Shown: positions 19,061 to 30,542, counted from the first letter of the stretch. The stretch: DNA of 64,000 nucleotides from Bdellovibrionales bacterium (GCA_031370005.1 JANMPT010000025.1:64001-128000), one strand, 5' to 3'. Notes: generated by a model from the letters alone, not told the origin. Program-made: numbers and translations.

Positions 19061-19480
19061 ATGGGAATGAGTAATGGCGGCTCCTCAAAGAGTCGCGCAA
19101 CTCTAAGCGAAATCAATGTAACTCCCTTGGTTGACGTCGTGCTTGTGCTTCTTATTATGTTCATGGTGACAACGCCACTTATGCAACAGGGAATTGAAGT
19201 TGATCTGCCGAAGACCTCTTCATCTGGTATAGAACTTAACGACGAACCTTTCGTTTTGGTGATTGATGCAACTCAAAAGATGACGGCGGGGAAGCAGAAT
19301 ATTAACATGGCGGACTTGCGTTCAAAACTGAAAGCCATCTTTCAACATCGCAAGAATAAACAAATATACATACAAGCAGATCGGAAGGTGGACTATGGTT
19401 TCGTGGCTGAAGCTATGGGCGAAATTCGAGCCGCAGGGGTTTTTAATATCGGCTTGATCACAGTTCCGAAGGACAAGTGA
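19061..19480 (+). CDS. tolR: TolR
   Basis: EINVTPLVDVVLVLLIMFMVT. Confidence 0.92.
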   Translation: MGMSNGGSSKSRATLSEINVTPLVDVVLVLLIMFMVTTPLMQQGIEVDLPKTSSSGIELNDEPFVLVIDATQKMTAGKQNINMADLRSKLKAIFQHRKNKQIYIQADRKVDYGFVAEAMGEIRAAGVFNIGLITVPKDK

Positions 19481-19487
19481 TAACAAC

Positions 19488-20282
19488 GTGAGTTTTAAAC
19501 AAAACCCACTTACTCAAGATGATAATCTCTCGACCGGCCTGAAGGTTTCTATTGGTCTTCATATTGCTTTGGTTGCAGTATTTTCGATTCGTGCCACTTT
19601 TTTTGAACCACAACAAATTAATTATGCCGCTGCCGTGCGTGTGGATATCGTCGCACTTCCAGATAAAATAACTGCACAACAACTTCCTCCAAAACAAGAA
19701 AAAACATCTAAGTCCGAGCCTAAGACTATACCTAAAAGCCCTCCAAAAGAGATGCCGGCAGAAAAGCCGCTCAAGGTCGTGAGGAAAGACCCTGAGGAGA
19801 TCAAGCTTAATAAAGAAAAAGTTAAGCAAAAAGAGGCGCTTGAAAAACTCAAAACCATGGCTGCCATTGAGGAAATAAAAAAAGAGGCTGAAAAAGAGCA
19901 ATCTAAAAAAATGGCTGGTATTGGCGATACAAAGCCCCCGCTTAGCAAAATCAAAGGAAATGTTATTTCCCCGGGTACTGCACTCACGGGGCTGAGCAGG
20001 CTTCAGCACGATAGCTATTTGGCGAGTCTAGACCAGCAGATTAAGCAAAACTGGGTTTTGCCCGAGTGGTTAGCGAAAAAATCTCTGCGCGCGCAGGCTC
20101 GCTTGAAAATAGACGAAAAGGGTCGCGTTCTTTCGCGCGAAATTACTTTATCTAGTGGCAATAGCAGTTATGATGAATTGGCTTTGGAGACGATTGATAA
20201 ATCGGCGCCTTTTGCGCCCCCGCCAGAAAAGTTTGTATCTCTTGTGGCCGTGAGCGGTTTACTGATCGGCTTTCCTGAGTAA
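19488..20282 (+). CDS. tolA: TolA/TonB-family energy transducer
   Basis: TM helix with SxxxH, a K/E/P-rich stalk, and a TonB_C-like SSGN..YD motif. Confidence 0.85.
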   Translation: MSFKQNPLTQDDNLSTGLKVSIGLHIALVAVFSIRATFFEPQQINYAAAVRVDIVALPDKITAQQLPPKQEKTSKSEPKTIPKSPPKEMPAEKPLKVVRKDPEEIKLNKEKVKQKEALEKLKTMAAIEEIKKEAEKEQSKKMAGIGDTKPPLSKIKGNVISPGTALTGLSRLQHDSYLASLDQQIKQNWVLPEWLAKKSLRAQARLKIDEKGRVLSREITLSSGNSSYDELALETIDKSAPFAPPPEKFVSLVAVSGLLIGFPE

Positions 20283-20299
20283 AACGGAAGGAGTATTCT

Positions 20300-21694
20300 A
20301 TGCTTAAATTTCTTGTGGTACTTATCGCGATGTTTTCTTTTTGCAGTGTCTTTGCGCAAGAGGAGTCTGCCCGAGTACCTGCGTCGACATCTGATATTAA
20401 ACTTGGCGAAGCTCGCACGAAGAAAAGTCTTTTAGCGTTTCCTCCGCTCAACTATCAAGGAAGTCCAGGTGGTTCTTACCAGACGGTTGGAGCGGAACTC
20501 TATAGCACGATTAGTAATGATTTAAATGTCTCGTCGTACTTTCAGATTATTCCGCAAAAAGCTTATTTGGAAGACACTTCGAAAACAGGTCTGCGCCCTG
20601 CTCCAGGAGAGGCGAATGGTTTTAAGTTTCAAAGTTGGACTCCAGTGGGTGCTGAGTTTCTCATTCGCGCGGGCTATTTTTTGGCCGGTGGCGAGGTGAA
20701 CATGGAGGCCTACGTCTACCATGTCGGCAAATCGCAGCTTGTTATGGGGAAAAAGTATAAGGGGCCGATTTCTAGCGTTCGTAAGATTGCTCACACATTT
20801 TCAAATGATATTTTAGAAGCCTTGACTGGTAAACGGGGCATGTTTCTTTCTAAAGTCGTCGTCTCTAGTAACAAGGGCGTGGGAGACTACAAAGAGATTT
20901 ACACAATGGATTGGGATGGGGCGAATTCTGAAAAAATCACAAATCATCGCTCTATTTCTTTGTCTCCGGCGTGGTCTCCTGACGGAAAGAAAATTGCTTA
21001 TACTTCTTACGTCGTTCGGTCGAAAACAAAAATGCGCAATGCCGATATGTTTCTCTATGATTTAGCTACGGGAAAGCGCGATTTGATTTCTTTTCGACAA
21101 GGCTTGAACTCGGGCGCTTGCTTTGCTCCTGATAATAAAACGATTTACTTGACGATTTCTCAACAAGGAGCTCCGGATCTTTACAAAATGAGTTTTGATG
21201 GAACTCTTCAGGCTAAAATCACCAACGGACCGAACAACGCAATGAACGTAGAGCCTGCGGCCAGTCCGGATGGCACCAAGGTGGCGTTCTCTTCAGATCG
21301 CAGCGGTCGTCCGATGATTTACACAATGAATTCGGATGGTTCGAATGTGAAGCGCATCACGTTCGCAGGAGTTTATAACTCCACACCGTCGTGGTCTCCG
21401 GACGGAAAGAAAATTGCCTTTGCCGGGCAAAGTGAAGACCACTTCGATATATTTATTATGAATGTGGATGGCACAAGCATGATTCGTCTGACCTCTGCGC
21501 GAAAACCGAACGGCAAATGGTCGACGAATGAAGACCCAAGCTTTTCTCCGGATGGACGCTTCGTTATATACACAAGTAATCGCACGGGGAAAAACCAAAT
21601 CTTTATCTCAACGGTTGACGGCACGGAAGAGCGTCGGGTGACTTTGGATAGTGCAAATTACTTTAAGCCGAAGTGGTCTAATAATTTTGAATAG
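20300..21694 (+). CDS. tolB: TolB
   Basis: Signal peptide, TolB_N and PD40 repeats (WSPDGKKIA). Confidence 0.93.
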   Translation: MLKFLVVLIAMFSFCSVFAQEESARVPASTSDIKLGEARTKKSLLAFPPLNYQGSPGGSYQTVGAELYSTISNDLNVSSYFQIIPQKAYLEDTSKTGLRPAPGEANGFKFQSWTPVGAEFLIRAGYFLAGGEVNMEAYVYHVGKSQLVMGKKYKGPISSVRKIAHTFSNDILEALTGKRGMFLSKVVVSSNKGVGDYKEIYTMDWDGANSEKITNHRSISLSPAWSPDGKKIAYTSYVVRSKTKMRNADMFLYDLATGKRDLISFRQGLNSGACFAPDNKTIYLTISQQGAPDLYKMSFDGTLQAKITNGPNNAMNVEPAASPDGTKVAFSSDRSGRPMIYTMNSDGSNVKRITFAGVYNSTPSWSPDGKKIAFAGQSEDHFDIFIMNVDGTSMIRLTSARKPNGKWSTNEDPSFSPDGRFVIYTSNRTGKNQIFISTVDGTEERRVTLDSANYFKPKWSNNFE

Positions 21695-24080
21695 TTTAAA
21701 GGATTTTTCTTCATATGCGGCCTCTGAGATCTCTGAGGCCGCAAGCTTTTCTCCGGCACTTTCTCACTATCTCGGGTTTTCATTTTCTTCAATATCTACG
21801 ACACACCATGAATCCAGGTCAAAGGCTTGGATTCAGTCAGCGTTGGCCACAATTCTAAATTTAGAAAAGCCGAATCAGGTTTGCAAGGTTTGGAGTCAGG
21901 TCGCAAGCGGGATTCTTCAGTCTGTCTTTTATGAATGCTTTAAAGACTCTAAAGTAGCCTTGTTTGCGTTGGGAAAACTCGGAGCATCTGAGCTGAATTT
22001 AAGTTCTGATGTGGACCTGCTCATTGTCTCTCAAGAAGCGGAGGTCAATCACTTAAAGGCGCTTCGCCGGTTTCAAAAGATATTGAGTGAAAAAACCCCT
22101 TGGGGATTTCTTTTCAGAGTCGACTTTGATCTTCGACCGGGTGGACGACATGGCCCTATGATTCCCACCCTGGATCAGTTCATGGATTACTATGGAACCT
22201 ACGGGGAGACCTGGGAAAGGCTTGCCTTTGTTCGCTTATCTCATATTGCTGGCGACAGCGGCCTCATTACGCAGGTTATAGATTTTGCGAATAAATTCAC
22301 TTATCGTAGACATCTTGATTACACCCTTTTGGATGATTTAAAATCGATGCGAACAAAAATTCGTCAGCATTACTCTCCAAATTCCACAGATTCAGTCTGG
22401 GACCTGAAGCTCGGAGTTGGTGGAATTCGCGATGTGGAGCTGTTTGTTCACGCCATGCAGGTCATTCATGGTGGAAAGAGCCCAAAGCTGCAGGTTCACT
22501 CCACAGCAGCGGCCTTGTCACTTCTTGAGGAAGCAAAGGTTCTTCCTTCGGAAGAGGCGCTATTTCTTAAAAATCATTATTGGCAACTTCGTCAGCTGGA
22601 AAATTTTGTTCAAGCACAAAACGACGAACAAACCCATCTTTTAGAAAAAACCGCCGGAATGCCTTCTTGGGCAAGTCAGATTCTTACTCATCTTGATCAG
22701 GATCTTAATCATTGTGATCACGTTGTCAGTTCGCTCTTGGGCAAGGCCCCTGGGGAAATTCCTTCTGTAAGTTTTCAAAGTGCAATGTCTCAGGAGGTTT
22801 GGCAGGAAATTCTTCAAATCGAAGTCCTTTCCCGAAATAAAGAACGCGATGAGCAGGCGCGGTTACAGTTTCTAAATGAGTTTTTTGAAACGCTACAAAA
22901 ACAAAAGGGAAACGTCGATAAGGCGCTTCAACACTTAAAAGAGTTCATTAAATCGACACGGGCAAAAGCGAGTTTTTTTAGCTTGCTGGTTAGAAATAAA
23001 AATTTGATGGATGAGCTTGCGTGGCTTTTTGGTCACTCTCCCTATCTTTCACAAATACTATGTTCGCGCCCTGAGTTGATTGACAGCTATGTTTATCGTT
23101 CTCAAGAATTACAAACGGATGATCTGCCCATCCTTTTAGAACAGCTGGTGGAAAAACGTCTTTTGGGCGAGGTCATCAATGGCTCTCACTATTTAGAAGA
23201 TCGGAATGTTGAGGTGTTACAGACAAACCTTAGCGCTGCGGCAGATGAGATTGCCTCAACATTGTTGGAAAAACTTAAACTGGAATATCCTTCGGAGCTC
23301 GAAATACTCTGCCTTGGAAAGTGGGGGGGCAAAGAGCTTGGGTTTCGCTCGGATCTAGATTTCATTTTCGTCACGCCCGAGGCTCCTTCGGAAAATGATG
23401 GCAAGCTCGCAAGACGTTTTATCAATCGCCTAACTGAGACCCGTAAAGGCGGTGCAATCTATAGCATCGATACAAGGCTAAAACCCTCTGGCAGGGCTGG
23501 GCCCTACGTTATTTCGGAAACACAACTTGCGGAGTATCTTGGCAACGAAGCCCAGGCCTGGGAGCGACAGGCCTATTTGAAAAGTCGGAGTTTGAGTTCG
23601 AACCGAATGCGGTTTCAGGACTTTTTTGCGAGCAGAAAACTTACCCACACTGAGTTGGGAGAGCTTGAAAAAATTCGCAGGGACCTGATCCGCCATGATC
23701 AAGGTTTTTTAGACCTGAAATATACCGAGGGGGGAATGCTTGATATTGAGCTCTTTTCCCAGGCGGAAGTATTGGCCAAAGGCCTTCAGGTAAACGGACC
23801 TAGTACTTTTGACTTTCTCGCTGTAATCGGTGGCAGCGAGGTGCTTCGGCATAATTATTTGCGGTTGCGTCAGGTGGAGCAAATGTTACAGCTTGTGTCG
23901 ACTGAGGGCGGCGCAAAAGTGACTTTAAATCATGAATCATTTCAACAGCTTGCTACGGCGCTTCAGCAGCCCTCCGAAGCATTGGAAAAAGAACTCGGTT
24001 TCATAATCTCTGAGAATATACAGATACTTAATCAACTTGACCCCCGTCGACGGTCAAAGATACTTGAGTCTAGCTCATAA
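21687..24080 (+). CDS. glnE: Glutamine synthetase adenylyltransferase/adenylyl-removing enzyme (compact GlnE)
   Basis: Two nucleotidyltransferase domains ([16 protein letters not shown] and [16 protein letters not shown]), plus WER and GGIRDVE. A TTG start overlapping the tolB stop is assumed. Confidence 0.88.
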   Translation: MNSLKDFSSYAASEISEAASFSPALSHYLGFSFSSISTTHHESRSKAWIQSALATILNLEKPNQVCKVWSQVASGILQSVFYECFKDSKVALFALGKLGASELNLSSDVDLLIVSQEAEVNHLKALRRFQKILSEKTPWGFLFRVDFDLRPGGRHGPMIPTLDQFMDYYGTYGETWERLAFVRLSHIAGDSGLITQVIDFANKFTYRRHLDYTLLDDLKSMRTKIRQHYSPNSTDSVWDLKLGVGGIRDVELFVHAMQVIHGGKSPKLQVHSTAAALSLLEEAKVLPSEEALFLKNHYWQLRQLENFVQAQNDEQTHLLEKTAGMPSWASQILTHLDQDLNHCDHVVSSLLGKAPGEIPSVSFQSAMSQEVWQEILQIEVLSRNKERDEQARLQFLNEFFETLQKQKGNVDKALQHLKEFIKSTRAKASFFSLLVRNKNLMDELAWLFGHSPYLSQILCSRPELIDSYVYRSQELQTDDLPILLEQLVEKRLLGEVINGSHYLEDRNVEVLQTNLSAAADEIASTLLEKLKLEYPSELEILCLGKWGGKELGFRSDLDFIFVTPEAPSENDGKLARRFINRLTETRKGGAIYSIDTRLKPSGRAGPYVISETQLAEYLGNEAQAWERQAYLKSRSLSSNRMRFQDFFASRKLTHTELGELEKIRRDLIRHDQGFLDLKYTEGGMLDIELFSQAEVLAKGLQVNGPSTFDFLAVIGGSEVLRHNYLRLRQVEQMLQLVSTEGGAKVTLNHESFQQLATALQQPSEALEKELGFIISENIQILNQLDPRRRSKILESSS

Positions 24081-24098
24081 GATTTTTAAGGAGTTTAT

Positions 24099-24740
24099 GT
24101 GATTAATCGCATCCGTTTTGACGTAAATACGAAGAAGGTTTTGTGGATTTATCTTTTGGCGTTCATTCTAACGGCCTTTAGTTTCCACTCAAAAGCCGCA
24201 GACAAAAAGACTAAAGTAAGAAAAGGAAAAGACATGATCGCAGTGTTCGAAACTAATAAAGGTACATTTAAAGTTAAACTTTTCACTGAAAAGGCTCCAA
24301 AGACAGTGGAAACATTTGTTGGCTTAGCAGAGGGCACTAAAGAGTGGACTGATCCTAAAACTGGCAACAAAGTCAAAAAGCCTTTTTACGATGGTTTGAA
24401 ATTTCATCGCGTTATTCCAAACTTCATGATCCAAGGCGGAGACCCGCTTGGAACTGGAACTGGCGGTCCTGGTTTTCGTTTTGAAGATGAGTTCCCAGCT
24501 GGTGCTCCGAAGCACGATAAGCCGGGCATACTTTCCATGGCAAACTCAGGCCCGAACACAAACGGGTCTCAGTTCTTTGTGACTGTTGCCGCAACTCCAT
24601 GGCTGGATGGCAAGCACACCGTCTTTGGCGAGGTGATTGAGGGAATGGACGTAGTTTACGATATTTCCAAAGCAAAAACAGGCTCCATGGATCGTCCTAC
24701 AGAAGACATAATAATCAAGCACCTCAAAATCGAAAAATAA
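24099..24740 (+). CDS. Cyclophilin-type peptidyl-prolyl isomerase
   Basis: [20 protein letters not shown] and [10 protein letters not shown]. Confidence 0.95.
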   Translation: MINRIRFDVNTKKVLWIYLLAFILTAFSFHSKAADKKTKVRKGKDMIAVFETNKGTFKVKLFTEKAPKTVETFVGLAEGTKEWTDPKTGNKVKKPFYDGLKFHRVIPNFMIQGGDPLGTGTGGPGFRFEDEFPAGAPKHDKPGILSMANSGPNTNGSQFFVTVAATPWLDGKHTVFGEVIEGMDVVYDISKAKTGSMDRPTEDIIIKHLKIEK

Positions 24741-24760
24741 AAGGTACGCCGTACCTTTTT
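24739..24760 (+). terminator. Hairpin after the cyclophilin gene (terminator or REP-like unit)
   Basis: AAAAGGTAC-gcc-GTACCTTTTT. Confidence 0.55.
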
Positions 24761-24833
24761 CGGATGCGGTGAGTAATGTCATCTTTTACTCACCTGTCAG
24801 GTCTCTAACAGTTTTCTGACAAATTTTGGCGAA

Positions 24834-24848
24834 GTCTCGTTTTGAGAC
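24834..24848. promoter_or_regulatory. Best copy of the recurrent GTCTCA-N3-TGAGAC palindrome
   Basis: GTCTCG-TTT-TGAGAC; related copies occur in several other intergenic regions. Confidence 0.5.
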
Positions 24849-24922
24849 GCCTCACGTCGAATATACCCAGGCCCATGGATTGCTCTCTCTATATTTAAGC
24901 ACTTTGCGTGCTTGGGAGAGTT

Positions 24923-27643
24923 ATGGGTTGGTCCAAAATTATTGCCACATATCTTGTGATTGCGCAGTTAGTGCTGGCGCCGGTTTTGAGTCATGCCCAA
25001 GATCTTGAGCTTGAAGGCAATAAGCTCACAAAGACCGGTAAGGAAAACTTCGAAGCCTATGCCAAATACGCAAATGGCCTTGGCTATGACAGCCGTTTGG
25101 ATCTTCCCAACAAGAGAATGCTGCTTATTGATCGCAATACTAAAAAGGTGAGCGTTGAAATCCCCCTTCGTGATGAAAAGTCGCTTTTAGAATACTCGCC
25201 AAAAACATTGAACCAAAAACTAGCAACAGAGTTCATAAAGGTAAGAACGGCAAACGCGGCCGCATGGTCTCACACTGTAAAATCGTTTCCCACCGAAAGC
25301 ACACTGTTCTTTCTTGCTTTAGGAGGGATGGTCGCTGTTCAGCTCTTCACTGATTACGCAAACAATCCTGTTGGAATGAAACAGCATATTGAACATCAAC
25401 TTTCTCCAGTGGGGCAGCTTGGTTTCTTTATGTTTATGTATTCTCAAGGTGTTACGTCCAATGCTTTAAACCTGTGGCTTAAAAATCCAAAACTCAAGAT
25501 GCCTATTGGCATGCTTGGTATGACAGTCGGCCTTGCAGTTCAAACTTATTTCTCTCAGGTGGTTTCAGATCCTCATATCCGTAATTGCGCAGCTTCTGTT
25601 TTTAAAGGAGAAAAAATTGCGGGCAATGATCATCCATGTGAGGGAGCTTACAAATACTTTGTTCTTGATAAAAAAATTCTTGAGGGCCCTGGAGTTGCCT
25701 CACTTCTCGGCGCTTTTCTTATCACGACAGGCGCACGCATTGCCGTAGGGTCAGTTTTGAGACTTGTTGGATTTGAAATTGGAATGTGGATAGTTCCTGG
25801 CGGCATGGTCATGCGCTTTGGTCGCCTTCTCGTAAATGCAACCAACATTGCGGCCTTCACTCTTATTCAAATGAAATTAGAACACTATGTCTCCTATGCT
25901 TGGAAGAACTACTTTGATGGCAAGAAGTTCATAGAATTCAATGACGCTCTTGTTGCCAACATTGAAAATCAAAAAAAATCCGCCTGGCAGTCTGAGACCA
26001 AAGACTTTAATAAAGATATTCAAAATTTCTCTAAAAAAATGAGTGAATGGCGCGTGAATAATCTTTCCGAAGCCTATGCAGCTAATCAGGCCTGGTCAGA
26101 ATTTTTGAACAATTTGACCTCAATGTACAGCGCTTCATACAATTTCTATAGCCTGTATCTAGATAGTCTTAACAGCAAAAACTCTCTGATTGACCGTTCG
26201 TATCCCCTTTTTGGAGTCATACCAAAAGGATTAGCCATCGGTCATGAGGATCTTTATTTTTTGCGTCCCGACAGGATTGAACGTTTACAGGTCGAAACAA
26301 CAAACGATGTGGCGGCATGGATTGGACAAAATCTTCAAAGTGGCTACTACGAAAATTTAGGTTTTATTAAATATCAAATGGACATCATCGCTAAAATCCA
26401 AGCAGGACTTGCAAGCGAAAATATTCAAACCAAAGGCTCGGCCATTTTAGAGCTCAATGCCGCCATTACAAAAAGCTCCATGTCGTCCGTCGGCCCTATG
26501 GGTCTGAGTAGCGAGCTTCGTAAGATCTATTCTATGCTTGGCACACCGAATCCGATCTATGAAGTGGGCCGCGGCTTTGGCGAGAGCATGTTACTTTCTC
26601 CAAATACAATGTCTGCATTTAAAGATCTGACATTTGAAAAACACAACGGCCGCTTTAATACTCCAAATATAACTGATTACTTTGTAATTCAAATGATGTG
26701 CGGGCCCGATACATCTAAGGGAGAAAAGGTCATTAGTATTGCAAAAGGATATCCTGCAAAGTTCAACGCTCCGACAGTGACTTTACCTGATGAGGCCAAA
26801 GAAAGTCTTTGTTATGGCGCTGCAAGCGAAGCCCTCAGCAACAAGCGTATTTATAATCTGCCATTTTCAAAGTATCGTACGGTTCCTGAATTTCTCAGAG
26901 CTAATATGAATCCAGAGGTATCACAGAACTTTATAGCATGGTGGGAAAAAGGCACAGAGTCTCAGATGAGAGAGGCCTTTAAGGGGTTTTCCTCTCTTTA
27001 CAAGAGTATTATTAATAAACTTTACGCTGGTTTGAATCAAACGAACAATAGCAGATGGAATCGCGGATTTATTTCCAACGGAGCTTTGGTGGCAGCTTTT
27101 CAAGAAATCAGACTTTATTCTCTGATTCTGGGAGAGATGCTTAAGGACTCATATAAAGAACAAAACAAGAAAAGCCTTCCTTCGGAGTATTACAGCGCGC
27201 AGTTAGATCCCAAAATTACCATATCTGCTGCTGACTATATGATGAGCAAAAAACCTCTTCTAGGACTTCTAGCTCGAGGCAGCCGTTATGATTTCAATAC
27301 TCTTGTGGGGTCTTTGCCTAATGCAGACGTGCATAGCTTAAAGGTTCAAAATGATCTTGAGCTTTCCTTTGTCCAAATGAATAACTTAATACAAAAAGCA
27401 GGCGCTCGTGGCGTAAAGGCGGAAGAGTTTCAAAATCAAATGAAAGCCATTGAAGCTCAACTGAGCCAGTTTAGTTTATTGTTAGGTGTTAGTAAGGGCG
27501 GCCCAAGGCCAGGGTTAGTAACTTTGGGCATAGATCAAAAGGCACTTGCAGTTACATGTTTGGAACTTCTGCAGTCAGTAAGTCAGGAGCTAGCAATGTA
27601 TGGAAATATGGCGGGGACAGCCCGCTATCAAGATGGAAATTAG
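24923..27643 (+). CDS. Large exported hypothetical protein with an internal hydrophobic helical cluster
   Basis: Signal peptide ending SHA-QD and 4-5 hydrophobic Gly-rich segments in the N-terminal third. No recognised catalytic motif. Confidence 0.75.
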   Translation: MGWSKIIATYLVIAQLVLAPVLSHAQDLELEGNKLTKTGKENFEAYAKYANGLGYDSRLDLPNKRMLLIDRNTKKVSVEIPLRDEKSLLEYSPKTLNQKLATEFIKVRTANAAAWSHTVKSFPTESTLFFLALGGMVAVQLFTDYANNPVGMKQHIEHQLSPVGQLGFFMFMYSQGVTSNALNLWLKNPKLKMPIGMLGMTVGLAVQTYFSQVVSDPHIRNCAASVFKGEKIAGNDHPCEGAYKYFVLDKKILEGPGVASLLGAFLITTGARIAVGSVLRLVGFEIGMWIVPGGMVMRFGRLLVNATNIAAFTLIQMKLEHYVSYAWKNYFDGKKFIEFNDALVANIENQKKSAWQSETKDFNKDIQNFSKKMSEWRVNNLSEAYAANQAWSEFLNNLTSMYSASYNFYSLYLDSLNSKNSLIDRSYPLFGVIPKGLAIGHEDLYFLRPDRIERLQVETTNDVAAWIGQNLQSGYYENLGFIKYQMDIIAKIQAGLASENIQTKGSAILELNAAITKSSMSSVGPMGLSSELRKIYSMLGTPNPIYEVGRGFGESMLLSPNTMSAFKDLTFEKHNGRFNTPNITDYFVIQMMCGPDTSKGEKVISIAKGYPAKFNAPTVTLPDEAKESLCYGAASEALSNKRIYNLPFSKYRTVPEFLRANMNPEVSQNFIAWWEKGTESQMREAFKGFSSLYKSIINKLYAGLNQTNNSRWNRGFISNGALVAAFQEIRLYSLILGEMLKDSYKEQNKKSLPSEYYSAQLDPKITISAADYMMSKKPLLGLLARGSRYDFNTLVGSLPNADVHSLKVQNDLELSFVQMNNLIQKAGARGVKAEEFQNQMKAIEAQLSQFSLLLGVSKGGPRPGLVTLGIDQKALAVTCLELLQSVSQELAMYGNMAGTARYQDGN

Positions 27644-27695
27644 TTATGAATAATTCGCTAATGTATAAAGATTGCAAAAACAAAGGAGCTCTCAA

Positions 27696-28376
27696 ATGAA
27701 AAAACAGTTTATCATAGGAATGGTGTTTATTACTGGCGGGTTCTCTTTCTCTGCCCATGCCGGTGGTTTAGGCGGCGCGCGGTCAGTTAGAGAAGTTTTA
27801 ACTGACTATGTAAAAGACATCCAAAAATACACTGCTGAAAGAATATCCGCTGCCGATAAAAATGGATCTGGCCAAAGGCTTAAAGCCGATGATATTTTAC
27901 TGGCGAATCTTAAGCTTTCGCCGGGTGAAAAAACATCGATTAAAACAGTTATTGCAAGCGCGCATGACAAAAAAGCAATGACGAACAGTTTAGCGACAAT
28001 TCTAGCTGCTAAAAATATGGCTGCTGGTAAAACAGACGCCGAATCTGTTTCAATCAATAATGCAGCAGATGCATCTTTGAAATTAATTGCAAATGCTCCG
28101 TTGATTGGCGAAAGAAATTCTTCAACTTTTTTGAGTGTCGCCGAATTGAAAGACACTCGTGAGGCTCTAACTAAATTAGTAGCGATGCCGGAAAAATTTA
28201 TCGTCTTTGAGGCTAAAGAGCGCGACTCCTATACTAAGGCAATCGTAAAGTCTGATGAGAAAAGCGTAGGAGCGGAAAGCTTTGAAGAGGCATTTGTAAA
28301 AGCAATCATGGAGTCTCAAGGTGTTTCTAAAGTAAAAGCCTTGGAAATCGTTCGCAAGCTTAAGGACTGTGTATAG
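27696..28376 (+). CDS. Secreted helical hypothetical protein
   Basis: AAGGAG SD, signal peptide ending AHA, and an Ala/Lys-rich sequence ending KLKDCV. Confidence 0.75.
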   Translation: MKKQFIIGMVFITGGFSFSAHAGGLGGARSVREVLTDYVKDIQKYTAERISAADKNGSGQRLKADDILLANLKLSPGEKTSIKTVIASAHDKKAMTNSLATILAAKNMAAGKTDAESVSINNAADASLKLIANAPLIGERNSSTFLSVAELKDTREALTKLVAMPEKFIVFEAKERDSYTKAIVKSDEKSVGAESFEEAFVKAIMESQGVSKVKALEIVRKLKDCV

Positions 28377-28378
28377 TT

Positions 28379-29122
28379 TTATTTTGCATTGTCAGCAGCG
28401 ATGAGGATTTCTATGCGGCGATTTTTTGCGCGATTCTCTGGAGTGTCGTTTGGCGCAATGGGCTTTTGGTCGGCATAGGAAATTGCCGCTAGTCTTTTGG
28501 GATCTATGTTTTGGTATTTGATTAAATAACGTACAACGCTTGTAGCACGGAGGCTAGCGAGCTCCCAGTTGCTGGCTACCGTTTGTGACTTGATCGGCTG
28601 ATTATCCGTGTGGCCCTCGATGATAATTTTTCTATTTGTCTGGCTGAGCAACTCGCCGATTTGATTTAAAACCTTTAATGAAGCGCGCTTCATTTTATAC
28701 TCACCCTCCGGGAAAACCGAAGAAGCCGCGAGAGAAACGTGAACACCAACTGTATCGTGGCGAACTTCTAAGTTGAGCTCGTTTTTTGTCGTAGCATCCA
28801 TCTGCTTACTTAAATAACGCGAGACATAGTCTGCCACCTCTGCTTTGCTTCCTTTTTGAGGAAAGCTTTCTGGTCCACCGTCTTTACCTTGAATATATTC
28901 TGCGATGATTTCACCTGCATTTGGGGCAGCACTGACGGGCTTCTCGGCGGCACCTAACTTGAGATTGACTCTGACGGAGTTCTCAAACTCTTTTTGTTTG
29001 TCGATATTATTTGTCGAAGTTGCATACATAACCACAAAAAAAGCAAAAAGCAGAGTGATAAAGTCAGCATAAGAGACCAGCCATCTTTCATGATTTTCAT
29101 GCTCTTCACGAGACCTCCTCAT
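28379..29122 (-). CDS. motB: Flagellar stator MotB
   Basis: WLVSYADFITLLFAFF and an OmpA-like domain (GHTD, NWELASLRA, NRRIEI). Confidence 0.93.
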   Translation of the reverse strand: MRRSREEHENHERWLVSYADFITLLFAFFVVMYATSTNNIDKQKEFENSVRVNLKLGAAEKPVSAAPNAGEIIAEYIQGKDGGPESFPQKGSKAEVADYVSRYLSKQMDATTKNELNLEVRHDTVGVHVSLAASSVFPEGEYKMKRASLKVLNQIGELLSQTNRKIIIEGHTDNQPIKSQTVASNWELASLRATSVVRYLIKYQNIDPKRLAAISYADQKPIAPNDTPENRAKNRRIEILIAADNAK

Positions 29123-29877
29123 TCTGCCAACTTTAGCTCGTGGGATAAAGCTCTGAGCTTTTGATCGATAAGAATTGTGCTTAAAGAAGATGTGATAAGT
29201 AAGCCTCCTTCAAGCAAAGTTCTTTTTTCTTTCATTCTGAAAGCAATTTTCTTTTTAATTTTATTCGCAAGCGGAATAAATACCAGATTGGCAAAGCCCA
29301 CACCATATATAGTCGCCACAAAGGCCACGGCAATCCCTGCGCCGAGTTTGCTTGTATCAGAAAGATTGCCCATAACATGAATTAAGCCCAGAACAGCGCC
29401 AAGGATTCCAATTGTCGGGGAGAAGCCGCCGGCGTCACTCCAAATTTTCGCGGCGGATAGAAGCTCATCTTCTTCGGCGTTTAGTTTGTTTTCAAAGATT
29501 TCTTTGATACTTGCCGGATCTGTACCGTCCACGACAGCGCGAAGCATTTCTTTTATAAATGGATCTGATGCCTTAGGGATTTTCGCTTCGAGCGCCATCA
29601 GACTTTCCTTGCGAACAGTCCTGGCATAGTCCACCATCTCATTAATTTTGTAGTCGATGTCGCTTTCTTTTTCTTTGAATGCATGACTGGCTAATTCAAA
29701 GCCAATTTTGATGTCTCTAGAGCTGTTTGAAACCATTACGGCGCCAAGTGTTCCAGTAATAACAATTATTGCGGCGGTCCCCTGAATCAATGAACCAAAC
29801 TGTCCACCATCTAAGGTATTCGCCAAAAGAATTCCACCAACACCAATAAGCAATCCGAACCAAGTCGCTTTATCCAT
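29119..29877 (-). CDS. motA: Flagellar stator MotA
   Basis: PTIGILGAVLGLI and GIAVAFVATIYG; adjacent to motB. Confidence 0.93.
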   Translation of the reverse strand: MDKATWFGLLIGVGGILLANTLDGGQFGSLIQGTAAIIVITGTLGAVMVSNSSRDIKIGFELASHAFKEKESDIDYKINEMVDYARTVRKESLMALEAKIPKASDPFIKEMLRAVVDGTDPASIKEIFENKLNAEEDELLSAAKIWSDAGGFSPTIGILGAVLGLIHVMGNLSDTSKLGAGIAVAFVATIYGVGFANLVFIPLANKIKKKIAFRMKEKRTLLEGGLLITSSLSTILIDQKLRALSHELKLAE

Positions 29878-29969
29878 AGTTCTTAATATGGTGCCATAGG
29901 GGCCCAGGAATGACACGGACCCCGCTTTGTTCCTAGACTTTCTTAAGAGGTGAATTTATTTTAGAAAAT

Positions 29970-30542
29970 ATGGATTTTTTATATGAGCTAGACAAAAGCC
30001 TTCTTTTAAAAATTAACCGTGAGTGGACGGCTCCCTGGGCGGATGCATTTTTTCCGGCCATTACCGATCTTCACAAGAGCCCGTGGTTTTTTGTGTGTCT
30101 TGTTCCTTTGATTCTCGGTCTTTTTATCTGGAAATATAAAAAGTCAGGAGTCGCCCTTTTTGTTGTGTTACTGCTGGCGCTGGGAAGCTCCGACTTGATC
30201 GGCAATCAACTTTTTAAAAAAACAGTGGCACGCGCCCGTCCTGGCGACACAACACTCAGCACGGTACTGATTATTCGCTCACCTTATGGGGGCTATAGCT
30301 TTACCTCGAATCATGCAGCAAATATGTTTTGCCTAGCAAAATACATGAGCGAGTTCATTCCTCAAGCCACGTTGATAGTATATTCTGCCGCTATCTTAGT
30401 CTCCTATAGCAGAGTGTATAATGGAGTCCATTATCCTTCAGATGTTTTTGGCGGAGGACTGCTTGGTTGGCTTGTTGGATGGATGTATAGTATTCTCGGC
30501 AAAGAAGTCTACAACAGATTGAGAAAAAGAGTTACATTATGA
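29970..30542 (+). CDS. PAP2-family membrane phosphatase
   Basis: K-x6-RP, SFTSNH and SRVYNGVHYPSD. Confidence 0.9.
   Translation: MDFLYELDKSLLLKINREWTAPWADAFFPAITDLHKSPWFFVCLVPLILGLFIWKYKKSGVALFVVLLLALGSSDLIGNQLFKKTVARARPGDTTLSTVLIIRSPYGGYSFTSNHAANMFCLAKYMSEFIPQATLIVYSAAILVSYSRVYNGVHYPSDVFGGGLLGWLVGWMYSILGKEVYNRLRKRVTL

Noticed and set aside
20960..21560. Repeated TGGTCTCC.GACGGAAAGAAAATTGC segments
   Set aside because: These are the coding PD40 repeats of TolB, not a DNA repeat element.
28379..29877. motAB as a Zorya-type anti-phage ZorAB pair
   Set aside because: MotA is of normal length without the long ZorA tail, and no zorC/D/E genes are adjacent; an ordinary stator pair fits better.
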